The notes under the pieces were generated by a model. It did not search any database, was not told the DNA's origin, and saw only the letters and a program-made list of their open reading frames with translations. DNA of 64,000 nucleotides from an uncultured Aliarcobacter sp. (GTDB taxonomy: Bacteria > Campylobacterota > Campylobacteria > Campylobacterales > Arcobacteraceae). Below are positions 20,888 to 30,378 of the stretch, piece after piece (within the stretch, counting starts at the first letter, position 1; every line of letters begins with the position of its first letter). The stretch covers positions 992,001 through 1,056,000 of the forward strand of contig OY781945.1 of the NCBI GenBank assembly GCA_963677435.1. The letters are read 5' to 3'. The translations under genes were made by a program, and so were the position numbers.

Positions 20888-22102
20888 ATGAACTCAAGAA
20901 AAAAGAAAATCACTAATCCAAATAAAAAAGATTATAAAATATTACTAAAACATTATAAGTTTAATGAAGAAGATGCAAATAATTTACAAAGTATAAAAGA
21001 ACTAACAACTAGTTATTCAAAAGAGTTTTTAGATGGATTTTATAAGTTTATTTTGGAGTTTGATTATGCTCGTACATTTTTGCATAATCAAGAGATTCTT
21101 TTACGCCATAATGTAGGAATCCAAAATTGGTATAACAATCTATTTTGTGGATTTTATGATGAGGAATATTTTAATAAATTATACGCAATTAGTGAAATTC
21201 ATGTTCAAATAGGTTTACCTGCACATTATGTAAATACAGCTTTTAGTTATGTAAGAGGTTTTTTAAAAAGTATCTTAATAAAAGAAAAAAAATATGGTTT
21301 TTTATGTTCAGTTGATAAAATAATCGATATAAACTTAGATATTTTGACAATATCATATCAAGAAGGTGAACAAACTAAGCTATTAAAAGAGATAGCTTTT
21401 TTAAAAAATGTAGTTGATAACTCAAGTATAGAGCCTTATGTTCAGGGAATTTTTGATGCAAAAACTTTAAAAATTGAGAAATACGAATCATTAATGAGAT
21501 TAATTGAGCCAAAAACAAAAGAGGTGTTTTCAGTATTTTCTTATTTAGAAATCTCAAAAAAAATAAAACTATATGAAAAAATGATGGAAATTATGGTTAA
21601 TAAAACTTTTGAGTTATTTTCAAAAGAAGATATTGCTTTTAGTATAAATCTTTCCTATGAAGATATTGAAAATGAAACTTTTATGGGATTTTTATACAAA
21701 AAAATTAAAACTTATCATAAACCTCAAAATATTATTTTTGAGATATTAGAATCAGATTTTATAGAAGATTTTAGTGTGGTACAAGAGTTTACAACTTATG
21801 TGAGAACCTTTGGTTGTAAAATTGCAATTGATGATTTTGGAAGTGGATATTCAAGTATGGAAAATATTTTAAAACTAAAACCAGAAATTATAAAAATTGA
21901 TGCCTCTTTAATCAAAAATATCAACACTAGCGAAGAATCAAAAACAATAGTAAAAAATATAGTAAATATGGCAAAAGAACTAAACGCAAAAACCGTCGCT
22001 GAATATGTACATTCAAAAGAGGTTTTTGATATTGTAAAAAATATGAATATTGATTTTTTACAAGGGTTTTATTTGGGTGAGCCTAAAAGTAAACTAATTT
22101 GA
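20888..22102 (+). CDS. Globin-coupled (protoglobin) EAL phosphodiesterase
   Basis: N-terminal FYKFIL...WYNNLFCG...EIHVQIGLPAHYV sensor-globin pattern; EAL domain YESLMR, FEILE, IDDFGSGYSS, VAEYV, QGFY. Confidence 0.88.
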   Translation: MNSRKKKITNPNKKDYKILLKHYKFNEEDANNLQSIKELTTSYSKEFLDGFYKFILEFDYARTFLHNQEILLRHNVGIQNWYNNLFCGFYDEEYFNKLYAISEIHVQIGLPAHYVNTAFSYVRGFLKSILIKEKKYGFLCSVDKIIDINLDILTISYQEGEQTKLLKEIAFLKNVVDNSSIEPYVQGIFDAKTLKIEKYESLMRLIEPKTKEVFSVFSYLEISKKIKLYEKMMEIMVNKTFELFSKEDIAFSINLSYEDIENETFMGFLYKKIKTYHKPQNIIFEILESDFIEDFSVVQEFTTYVRTFGCKIAIDDFGSGYSSMENILKLKPEIIKIDASLIKNINTSEESKTIVKNIVNMAKELNAKTVAEYVHSKEVFDIVKNMNIDFLQGFYLGEPKSKLI

Positions 22103-23343
22103 TATTCAATATTTTCTTTACAATCTTTTATAAGTGATTTTTCTATATTAATAGCTTTTGCTCTATCTTTAAAAGTTTTAATTATTTCAATAGATTTATT
22201 TATAATCTCTAAAGCTTTAGAGTTTTTTATAGAATGTAATTTTGCAATTTTTAGTAAATCATCTATTTTAAAATCTTTAGATTTTCCAGCAATAGTTGTT
22301 AAGTGTTGTGTCGCCATTCCTTTTGAATAAGTTATATCATAAGCAGGAGATAAAGACCAAATTCCTTGTTTATTCATAATATAAGAGAAGTTTTTTGTAT
22401 GGTCATCATAGTTTAAAGCTAAAACATTAAATACCATTCTTTTAAATAGTTCTTCAATATCTTCTTGGGAATTACATAAAATCCTTGTTAGTGTAAAAAG
22501 ATTTTCATAGGATGCAACTTGTGCAACTGATATATCTATATGCATAAGTCCTGCTGCTGTACATATATGAAGTTTGTTATCTTCTTCATCTCTATCAAAT
22601 CGTTCTACTATTAAATGATGCATACTATTTTCTTTTACCAATTTAAAATTTGCAGTATTAATTCCTGCATCTTTTGCCATTTGCATAAATATATATTCTA
22701 GTTTTGTTAAGCCAATACTTTCATTTTCATAATAAGATTCATCAAATTTTATTATTGCTCTTTTATAGTTTTTTTGAAGTTTTTGAGTATTTAATTTTAT
22801 ATTGTTATCTACTTCATTATATAAAATAAGCATTTTAGGTCTTCCTCCACCAACAGGTGAAACACTATCAATGATATTCATTAGATTCGTAATTGAAGAT
22901 TCTTTATTTTTGATATTTTTTTTCATCTCTTCATAGGCATCTTTGGCATTTAGAATAGAGTTAATATCTGTATTTTTAATATCTTCATGCTCTTTTGGTC
23001 GATATTCAATAGCACCCATTCCTCTATCACCAATAAAAGCTAATTTATGTAATAGGGTAATTTGCTGAGGTTTTAACTCTTGTCTTTCAAAATATCTATC
23101 AATAAAAGTCATACCATGTTTATCAGGTAAAGAATCAAAAAATACTCCAGCAATTCCCTTGTAAGTAGATATATTATCTTGATTTGTATATGCTTTGATA
23201 GTTTTTTGAGTGTGAAGTTTTATAGGTGAAATTTCTAAACCCAAAGATTTAAAAGCTTCATCATATTCAAAATAAATAGTTCCATTGTGATGGATTAAAG
23301 TTCCAATTTTATGACCATAAATATATGCTTCAATCTCTGTCAT
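22069..23343 (-). CDS. hipA: HipA-family Ser/Thr kinase toxin
   Basis: N-terminal coupling domain (FFDSLPDKHG, GDRGMGAIEY), SPVGGGRPK, VERFDR, NYDDHTKNFS, LSPAYDI. Confidence 0.92.
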   Translation of the reverse strand: MTEIEAYIYGHKIGTLIHHNGTIYFEYDEAFKSLGLEISPIKLHTQKTIKAYTNQDNISTYKGIAGVFFDSLPDKHGMTFIDRYFERQELKPQQITLLHKLAFIGDRGMGAIEYRPKEHEDIKNTDINSILNAKDAYEEMKKNIKNKESSITNLMNIIDSVSPVGGGRPKMLILYNEVDNNIKLNTQKLQKNYKRAIIKFDESYYENESIGLTKLEYIFMQMAKDAGINTANFKLVKENSMHHLIVERFDRDEEDNKLHICTAAGLMHIDISVAQVASYENLFTLTRILCNSQEDIEELFKRMVFNVLALNYDDHTKNFSYIMNKQGIWSLSPAYDITYSKGMATQHLTTIAGKSKDFKIDDLLKIAKLHSIKNSKALEIINKSIEIIKTFKDRAKAINIEKSLIKDCKENIEYQISLLLGSPK

Positions 23344-23648
23344 TTGATAGCCTTTTTTACTCTTTGTTTGATTTTTGATTTTTTCTCATCTCTTATTTCA
23401 TCTATTGAACTAAACTCTTGAATAAATAAAAGAGCTTCAATATTAGAACTCATATCAAGTGCAAATAATAGTTTTAAAACATTTTCAAATGAAGTACTTT
23501 TATTTTTGATAAATTTACCATATCCTGAAGCAGAAAGTCCAGCTTTTTTGTATAAATCAGCTTGAGTCATATTTTTTCTAATTCTCTGTTTCTCAATATT
23601 TTCAACAAGCTTTTCCATAACTTCATAAGGTGTCATGAACTCTATCAT
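23340..23648 (-). CDS. Xre-type HTH protein, probable HipB-like antitoxin
   Basis: RIRKNMTQADLYKKAGLS HTH; ATGA overlap with hipA. Confidence 0.85.
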   Translation of the reverse strand: MIEFMTPYEVMEKLVENIEKQRIRKNMTQADLYKKAGLSASGYGKFIKNKSTSFENVLKLLFALDMSSNIEALLFIQEFSSIDEIRDEKKSKIKQRVKKAIK

Positions 23649-23807
23649 AATTATTCCTTTGGTAATAATTATATGGTTTTATTTAGTATAATTATTTTTA
23701 TTAGAGTAATTATAGCATATAAATAATCTAAGAATATAAGAGATATTTTTAAAAGGTGTTTTTAATTATTCAGATATTATTACAATAATGAATTTATAGG
23801 AGTACAT

Positions 23808-24395
23808 ATGCAAGAATATAATATTATTATACAACATGAGGATGATATAAAAGATGTAATTTTTGATGAATTTTTAGAAATAGTAACACACAAAAATTTA
23901 TCTGCAAAAATATTTACTATTCCTAATCAAGGTCCAATGGCAGGTATAGAATGGTTATTACCTACCGCAACTATAATATTACTAACAAAACCCTTTTTAG
24001 ATGGGTTTATGGGTGAAATGGGTAAAGATTCTTATACTTTAACAAAAAAAGGACTTAATAAATTATGGAAATACTTTTTTGCTAAAGGTGTTAAAAAAAG
24101 AATATTAATCACATCAAGTAATGCACCAAATAAAATAAAAAATAAATATTCATTTGATTTTTCTATTCTTTTTGAAACAAATGATGAAAAAAGAATCAAA
24201 TTATTAATTCCAAATGAAATTACACTAGAAGATTATGAAAAAACGATAAATGCATTTATAGATTTTATAAAGATTTATGAAAATCATAAAATAGATAGTC
24301 AATATATTTTTTCAAAAACAATTTTAATAACATATAATAAAGAATTAGATGAAATAGAATTTATTAATCCTATTCCTCAAAAAAATAAGATATAA
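23808..24395 (+). CDS. Hypothetical protein
   Basis: Good RBS (AGGAG), 195 aa, one amphipathic/hydrophobic segment GPMAGIEWLLPTATIILL; no family recognised. Confidence 0.75.
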   Translation: MQEYNIIIQHEDDIKDVIFDEFLEIVTHKNLSAKIFTIPNQGPMAGIEWLLPTATIILLTKPFLDGFMGEMGKDSYTLTKKGLNKLWKYFFAKGVKKRILITSSNAPNKIKNKYSFDFSILFETNDEKRIKLLIPNEITLEDYEKTINAFIDFIKIYENHKIDSQYIFSKTILITYNKELDEIEFINPIPQKNKI

Positions 24396-24418
24396 AAAGA
24401 ATTATCTTTTTATATCTT
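24387..24418. terminator. Hairpin between convergent genes
   Basis: AAGATATAAAAAGA-ATTA-TCTTTTTATATCTT. Confidence 0.65.
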
Positions 24419-24420
24419 TT

Positions 24421-26409
24421 CTAAACCCTCTCAATCTTAACAGCACTATGATTATAATCAGGTTGCATTGAGTCTTTATCGTATAAATCGTGTGTTAGGT
24501 AGTTTATATCTCTATTACTTATTGGCATAAAAATTGTGTCTATTCTTATATCTTCTGTTAGAATTGCTTTTGATTCTATCTCTCCTCTAATTGATGAGAT
24601 TTTTATTGTATCTCCATCTTGGATTCCAAATTGTTTTGCATTTGTTGGGTGAATTTCGCAAAAATTTAGTTCTTTATATTTCAAAAGAGTTCTTGGAAGA
24701 TTTGTTTTTGTTCCTGTGTGCCATTGGTCTCTTGTTCTTCCTGTTAGTAGTGTCAAGGGATATTTTAGGTTTGTTTTTTCACTTAATAGTTTGTTTTCCA
24801 CAAAAAACAGATTTGCTCTTTTATCTTTTGTTAGAAACTCTCTATTTTCTCTGATTTTTTCTCCCCAAATAAATGGTTCCTTTGATAGATTATCATAAGA
24901 AGCTTCATAGATATTTAGGTGTGGATTTAGTTTTGTCATCTCTTGATACTCTTCAAAAATCTCTTTTGTTGAAGTAAAATTAAAGGCTTCTTTATATCCT
25001 AATCTTTGAGCTATAAGCTGAAAAATTTCCCAATCAGGAAGACAATCTATTGAAGTTCTTGTTAGTTTTTCTTGTTTTGTGATTGTTCGGTCAAGATTTG
25101 TTTGAGTTCCTTCTTTTTCTCCCCAAGGAGCAGCTGGAAGTCTGATATGGGCGAATTTTGCTGTTTCAGAATTTTCATAGGCATTTATCTCTACAACCAT
25201 TGGGATTTTTTTCATTAGCTCTTCCATCTTATTTCTATTTGGAAGATGATATATTGGGTCTGTGTGACAGATAATCAAAACATCAAGATTTGCTTCAAGC
25301 ATTTGAGTGGCAGTAAGTCCTGGGATATTTGAAACTTTTGAAGTTTTCCAAAATTCATTTACTTTTTTGATTGACTCTTTATCAAATCCCAAATGAACTG
25401 CAAGCATTGTTGAAAGTCCACCAACTTCCCTTCCTCCCATCGCATTTGGCTGACCAGTTAGTGAAAATGGGCCATTTCCTTTTGTGAATATTTTTCCAGT
25501 TAAAAGGTGAGTATTTATAATAGCAAGATTTTTATCAACACCTTGAGATGATTGATTTATTCCCATGGTCCATGCTGTTATGATGTTTTCATTTTCTTTG
25601 TACATTTGCCAAAATTCTTCAAATTCTTCGGCACTTAAACCTGTTCTTTTTAGCATTTTTGTAACGGGAACTCTTTTGAATTTGTTTTTTAATAGCTCAT
25701 AATTATTTACATTTTCTTCTACAAATTTTTCATCAACTAAACCTTCTTCAATAATTCTTTTTGAAACTAAATTCCAAAAATCAATATCACTTCCAACTTT
25801 TATAGGAAGATATAAATCAGCTATTTTTGCAGTATCAGTAAATCGTGGGTCAATTACGATGATTTTTAAACCTTGTTTTTTTGCAGTTTTGATTCTATTG
25901 TGAAAAACCACGTGGGCTTCTGCTGTATTTGCCCCAACTAAAATAAGTAAATTTGCATCATGTACATCATTCATACGAACTGGAACATAATCAGCTCCTA
26001 AAGATTTTTTATATGCAACAACAGCACTTGACATACAAGTTCGGCTGTTTGTGTCTACATTATTAGTTCCGATAAAACCTTTCATTAGTTTATTGGCAAT
26101 ATAATAATCTTCTGTTAAAAGCTGACCTGATAGATAAAATCCTACTTTTTCTTTTGGTGAAATTGCGATTTGTGTAGCGATTTTACTTATTGCATTGCTC
26201 CAAGTTGTTTCTTTAAATTCTTTAGTTAAATCATCTCTTGTTTTTGGTCTTAATAATCTTGAGGGCGTTTGAATACTGATTAATTCTGAAACTCCTTTTG
26301 AGCAAAGTTTCCCTTCATTTGTGGGATATACAACATCACCTATTAATTTATTTTCTTCAAATTCTAATCCACATCCAACACCACAATAACCGCATACTGA
26401 TTTAATCAT
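24421..26409 (-). CDS. Assimilatory nitrate reductase catalytic subunit (Mo-bisPGD; NasA/NarB type)
   Basis: CGYCGVGC...LCSKG, YLSGQLLTEDYY, NVDTNSRTCMSSA, SLTGQPNAMGGREVG, LTGRTRDQWHT; no Tat signal. Start MIKSV follows AGGA (track start 26424). Confidence 0.93.
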   Translation of the reverse strand: MIKSVCGYCGVGCGLEFEENKLIGDVVYPTNEGKLCSKGVSELISIQTPSRLLRPKTRDDLTKEFKETTWSNAISKIATQIAISPKEKVGFYLSGQLLTEDYYIANKLMKGFIGTNNVDTNSRTCMSSAVVAYKKSLGADYVPVRMNDVHDANLLILVGANTAEAHVVFHNRIKTAKKQGLKIIVIDPRFTDTAKIADLYLPIKVGSDIDFWNLVSKRIIEEGLVDEKFVEENVNNYELLKNKFKRVPVTKMLKRTGLSAEEFEEFWQMYKENENIITAWTMGINQSSQGVDKNLAIINTHLLTGKIFTKGNGPFSLTGQPNAMGGREVGGLSTMLAVHLGFDKESIKKVNEFWKTSKVSNIPGLTATQMLEANLDVLIICHTDPIYHLPNRNKMEELMKKIPMVVEINAYENSETAKFAHIRLPAAPWGEKEGTQTNLDRTITKQEKLTRTSIDCLPDWEIFQLIAQRLGYKEAFNFTSTKEIFEEYQEMTKLNPHLNIYEASYDNLSKEPFIWGEKIRENREFLTKDKRANLFFVENKLLSEKTNLKYPLTLLTGRTRDQWHTGTKTNLPRTLLKYKELNFCEIHPTNAKQFGIQDGDTIKISSIRGEIESKAILTEDIRIDTIFMPISNRDINYLTHDLYDKDSMQPDYNHSAVKIERV

Positions 26410-26485
26410 TTTTAATCCTGTCATAATATATCGTATAATTTATGAGTAAGTATACTGTAATATTTAATGTAAATTTAAGAAGTAT

Positions 26486-26502
26486 TGTCTTAAATATATA
26501 CA
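26486..26502. promoter_or_regulatory. 17-bp palindromic site upstream of nitrate reductase
   Basis: TGTCTT-AAATA-TATACA, 31 nt upstream of -10 TATACT (26449-26454, minus strand). Confidence 0.6.
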
Positions 26503-26661
26503 ATTATTTGAGATTTTTTGTTAATTAAACAAAATTAATAGAATTCAGTATGTAAAATATAAAATTGTAATTTAGAACAAATAATTTAATCATTCAAAAG
26601 TAAGTTAAATATATATTCATTTATGATATAACTATAACTTCAATAACCAAGAGGATAAAGA

Positions 26662-28659
26662 ATGGATGTTAATAAGTTAGAAGAGGCCAGTTCTTTTTGC
26701 AAAAAACATAATTTGCTTTATGTAGTAAAAAATAAAAAAGATAAAAATAATAATTTTGAATATTTTGAAAACATCTTTAATGAAGTTTTATTTTTAGACA
26801 ATGGTCTTGATGCATTTGAAGAATTTAATAAAAATAAATTTTCTATAATTATTACAGATATTGATATACCAGGACTTGATGGTTTTGAATTAATTGAAAA
26901 AATAAAAAATAAAAATAAAAATATTATAACAATTATATATTCTAGCAATGACAATAAAGAAAGCTTTTTAAAAACAATTCAACTTAGAATTGATGGTTAT
27001 TTGATTCCTCCTTTTAATGAAAAAAGCTTTTTAGAAATTTTATTCAGATCAGTAGACAAATCTAAAGAGAAAAAAAATAAAATAGAAAAAAAGAAACAAA
27101 ATTTAATAATTCAAAAACAATATACAGAGTTAGTGGACAAAAGTTCTATTATCTCAAAAACTGATAAAAGAGGAGTAATAACTTTTGTAAATGATAATTT
27201 TTGTAAAATTTCTGAATACACAAAAGAAGAATTAGTAGGAAAACCTCATAGTATTTTAAGACATCCTGATAATTCAAAGGAAATTTACAAAGATTTATGG
27301 AATACGATAAAAGAAAAAAAATCTGAATGGTCAGGTGTTATAAAAAATTTATCAAAAACTGGCAAAACTTATTATATAAAAACTACAATCAAACCAATTT
27401 TAGACTCTGATGGAAATATTCTTGAATATGTAAGTATTAGAAGTAATGTAAGTGCTATTATGAGTGATAAAAAACATTTAATAGATAAAATCGAGGCAAA
27501 TAATTTACTTTTATTAATATTGATTCAAATTGAAGATTTTGATATTCTTGATAGATTTTACAATATTTTAACAGTAGATAAAATTGAAAAAATGTTTGCA
27601 TTTAATATGTTGTCTTATTTACCAAACTCTTATATTTTTGAAGATATTTACAATATTGGAAATGGTAGATATGCACTTTTATCAGATTTTTTTGACTTTG
27701 CTTCTTCAGAAACAAATATAAATGAATATTTGGAAGTTTTTGTAAAAAATATTAAAAAATCAATTTTAATAGTTGATGAAATAGAGTATGACTTAAATAT
27801 AATAGTTAGTTACTCTTTTGGAAAAGAGCATTTATACGAAGATGCTAAATGTGGATTAGATGAAGCAATTGATAAAAAAATGTTGATTAAGTATGCAAAT
27901 GATTCATCTATTAAAGAACATATAGAAGCTAAAAAAAATATGGAAATTATCAAAATGGTAAAAATTGCCCTTGATAATTATAAAATAGTTTCTTATTTTC
28001 AACCAATAATTAATAACAAAACAAGATTAATAGAAAAATATGAGTCTTTAGTTAGACTTGTAGATGAAGAGGGGAATGTTTTATCTCCTTATCATTTTTT
28101 AGATATTTCAAAAAAAGGAAGTTATTACAATAAAATAACACATCGTGTTTTAGAAAATTCATTTAAAATTTTAGAACATATAACTACAAAAATTTCAATA
28201 AATCTTTCTTCTTTAGATATAGAAAAAGAAGAAACAAGAGCTAAACTTTTTTCACTTTTACAAGAATATAAAGAGCATGCTTCAAGAGTAGTTTTTGAAT
28301 TACTTGAAGATGAGGTTGTTAGAGATTTTGCTGTTATTAAAAGTTTTATTAAACAAGTAAAAAAACTTGGAGTTAAAATTGCAATTGATGATTTTGGTGC
28401 TGGATATTCAAATTTTGAGCGATTATTAGACTTTGAACCAGATATTTTAAAAATTGATGGAAGTTTAGTTCGAAATATTGTTAAAGATGCTTATAGCAAA
28501 AATGTTGTTGAAACAATAGTTACTTTTGCCAAAAAACAAAATATTATAACAATTGCTGAATATGTTGAAAATGAAGAAATTTTTAATATTTTAAATGAAA
28601 TGGGAGTTGATTACTCTCAAGGATATTATTTTGGAGAACCAAAAAATATATCTATTTAA
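26662..28659 (+). CDS. REC-PAS-(degenerate GGDEF)-EAL protein
   Basis: IIITDIDIPGLDG; ISKTDKRGVITFVN...RHPD; GNGRY at the GGDEF position; YESLVR, IDDFGAGYSN. Confidence 0.88.
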   Translation: MDVNKLEEASSFCKKHNLLYVVKNKKDKNNNFEYFENIFNEVLFLDNGLDAFEEFNKNKFSIIITDIDIPGLDGFELIEKIKNKNKNIITIIYSSNDNKESFLKTIQLRIDGYLIPPFNEKSFLEILFRSVDKSKEKKNKIEKKKQNLIIQKQYTELVDKSSIISKTDKRGVITFVNDNFCKISEYTKEELVGKPHSILRHPDNSKEIYKDLWNTIKEKKSEWSGVIKNLSKTGKTYYIKTTIKPILDSDGNILEYVSIRSNVSAIMSDKKHLIDKIEANNLLLLILIQIEDFDILDRFYNILTVDKIEKMFAFNMLSYLPNSYIFEDIYNIGNGRYALLSDFFDFASSETNINEYLEVFVKNIKKSILIVDEIEYDLNIIVSYSFGKEHLYEDAKCGLDEAIDKKMLIKYANDSSIKEHIEAKKNMEIIKMVKIALDNYKIVSYFQPIINNKTRLIEKYESLVRLVDEEGNVLSPYHFLDISKKGSYYNKITHRVLENSFKILEHITTKISINLSSLDIEKEETRAKLFSLLQEYKEHASRVVFELLEDEVVRDFAVIKSFIKQVKKLGVKIAIDDFGAGYSNFERLLDFEPDILKIDGSLVRNIVKDAYSKNVVETIVTFAKKQNIITIAEYVENEEIFNILNEMGVDYSQGYYFGEPKNISI

Positions 28660-28669
28660 AACTATCTTT

Positions 28670-30298
28670 TTATGAAGATAGTTTTAAAAATAAAATGAAG
28701 TTTAAAACTAGTAAAAAATAAAATCCTACTTTATAGAATAACAAAGGATCTTTTTTTAGCAGAGGTGTTTTTTTCTCAAAAAATGGTTTTACTTTTTGTG
28801 GATATTCAAGCTCAAATCTCATATAAGAGTAGTTTGAATATCTTAGTTCTTCTTGTGTTGATATGGCTCTTAATATTACACTTTCAAGCCAAGCAGGAAT
28901 ATTATTATTTAATTTTTGAGGTTTTTTAGCAGTTCCAAAAGTAGGGTTTTGAAAGGGTTCAATTTCCCCATAGGGAAAAGTTCCTGTTAAAGATTCAAAG
29001 AGTGTAACTCCAATTGAAAAGATTTCTGTTTTTTCATTTATTGCATTTCCTGTAAATCTCTCTGGTGCTAAATATGAGGGAGTTCCTGCTTTATTTGTGA
29101 TTGAAAAAATCTCTGTAATTGAACCAAAATCAATTATTTTAAAAATTCTTTTCCCATCTCTTTGCAATACTATTATATTTTCAGGTTTAATATCCCCATG
29201 AACAAGGTTGAATTTTAATAAATATTCTTCCATGGCAATTAAAGTTTTAGCTAATAAGATAGCCTCATCAATTGATAAATTTCTTTTTTTTAAATATTGT
29301 TTTAGAGTGATTCCCTCTAATTTTGTCATCAGATAATATCTTGCAGTTCGATGTTTTGGGATAAAAGATTTAGGAAAAAAACCAGCTTTTAGTCTTTTTG
29401 CATTCCATGCTTCTTTTATGTATAAATCTAAGATTTCTTCATTTTCCATTGCTTCATATGGTGCAAATTTTATCACATATTCTTGATTATTTTTTTTACA
29501 AACCCAAGTTCTTTCATTTTGAATTAGAGAAAGTGTTAGTTCATAACCATCAATAATGTCACCTTTTTTTAGCTTTTCAGGAATTTCAAGGTTTAAATTT
29601 TTCATTAATTCAATGGGATCAGCTTCTAAAACTTCTAAAATAACAGCACTTGTATCATCGGGGAGATTATCTTTAACTAAAGAACTAGCATTTTTCACTA
29701 TTTGGTATGCACCATTTGGAATATTTTTTAATAAAGTATCATTACTCATTAATGAATACAAACCATCACTGCACATCAGAATTTTGTCATCTTTTTGGAT
29801 GTTATTTTCAAAATAAAATATCTCAACACTTTCACTAATTCCAACCGCATTGGATAAAATACTAACCATTCCCTCTTCATTATGGTCATGTGATAGCTGA
29901 GTTAATTTATTATCTCTTAGTAAATAAATTCTGCTATCACCTGCATTTGCACCATATAAACGATTTCCTTTTATAACACAAACAGTTAGTGTTGTTATAT
30001 ATTCAGCTCTTTCATATTCATGTATAGATTGGGCATAAAGAATAGAATTTATTGAAGTGATAAACTCTTTCATAGCTTTTTCAATACTCCAAACTTTTGG
30101 AATATTTTTAAAATTATTTATTATATGTTTAGTCACTTTTTTTGCAGCCATTGCACCTTCTTGGGCGCTTCCAACTCCATCACATAAAACAGCAATTGTC
30201 ATATCATCAAATTGTTTAATCTCATAAAAATCATCACCAGTTAGCTCTTTTCTTTTAGCAAGAGAAAAGCCTGAAGTTTTTATGTTGTTTTTACTCAT
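28670..30298 (-). CDS. Bifunctional PP2C phosphatase / Ser-Thr kinase
   Basis: LCDGVG, GDSRIY, CSDGL, DDTS; HGDIKPEN, IIDFG, GTPSYLAPE; C-terminal TM. Confidence 0.92.
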   Translation of the reverse strand: MSKNNIKTSGFSLAKRKELTGDDFYEIKQFDDMTIAVLCDGVGSAQEGAMAAKKVTKHIINNFKNIPKVWSIEKAMKEFITSINSILYAQSIHEYERAEYITTLTVCVIKGNRLYGANAGDSRIYLLRDNKLTQLSHDHNEEGMVSILSNAVGISESVEIFYFENNIQKDDKILMCSDGLYSLMSNDTLLKNIPNGAYQIVKNASSLVKDNLPDDTSAVILEVLEADPIELMKNLNLEIPEKLKKGDIIDGYELTLSLIQNERTWVCKKNNQEYVIKFAPYEAMENEEILDLYIKEAWNAKRLKAGFFPKSFIPKHRTARYYLMTKLEGITLKQYLKKRNLSIDEAILLAKTLIAMEEYLLKFNLVHGDIKPENIIVLQRDGKRIFKIIDFGSITEIFSITNKAGTPSYLAPERFTGNAINEKTEIFSIGVTLFESLTGTFPYGEIEPFQNPTFGTAKKPQKLNNNIPAWLESVILRAISTQEELRYSNYSYMRFELEYPQKVKPFFEKKTPLLKKDPLLFYKVGFYFLLVLNFILFLKLSS

Positions 30299-30378
30299 TT
30301 AAACACCTTAAAATATATATTCAAATTAAAATCTTATTCTAAAACTTTAATTTGAATATAAAAAGAGAAAATCTCTTT

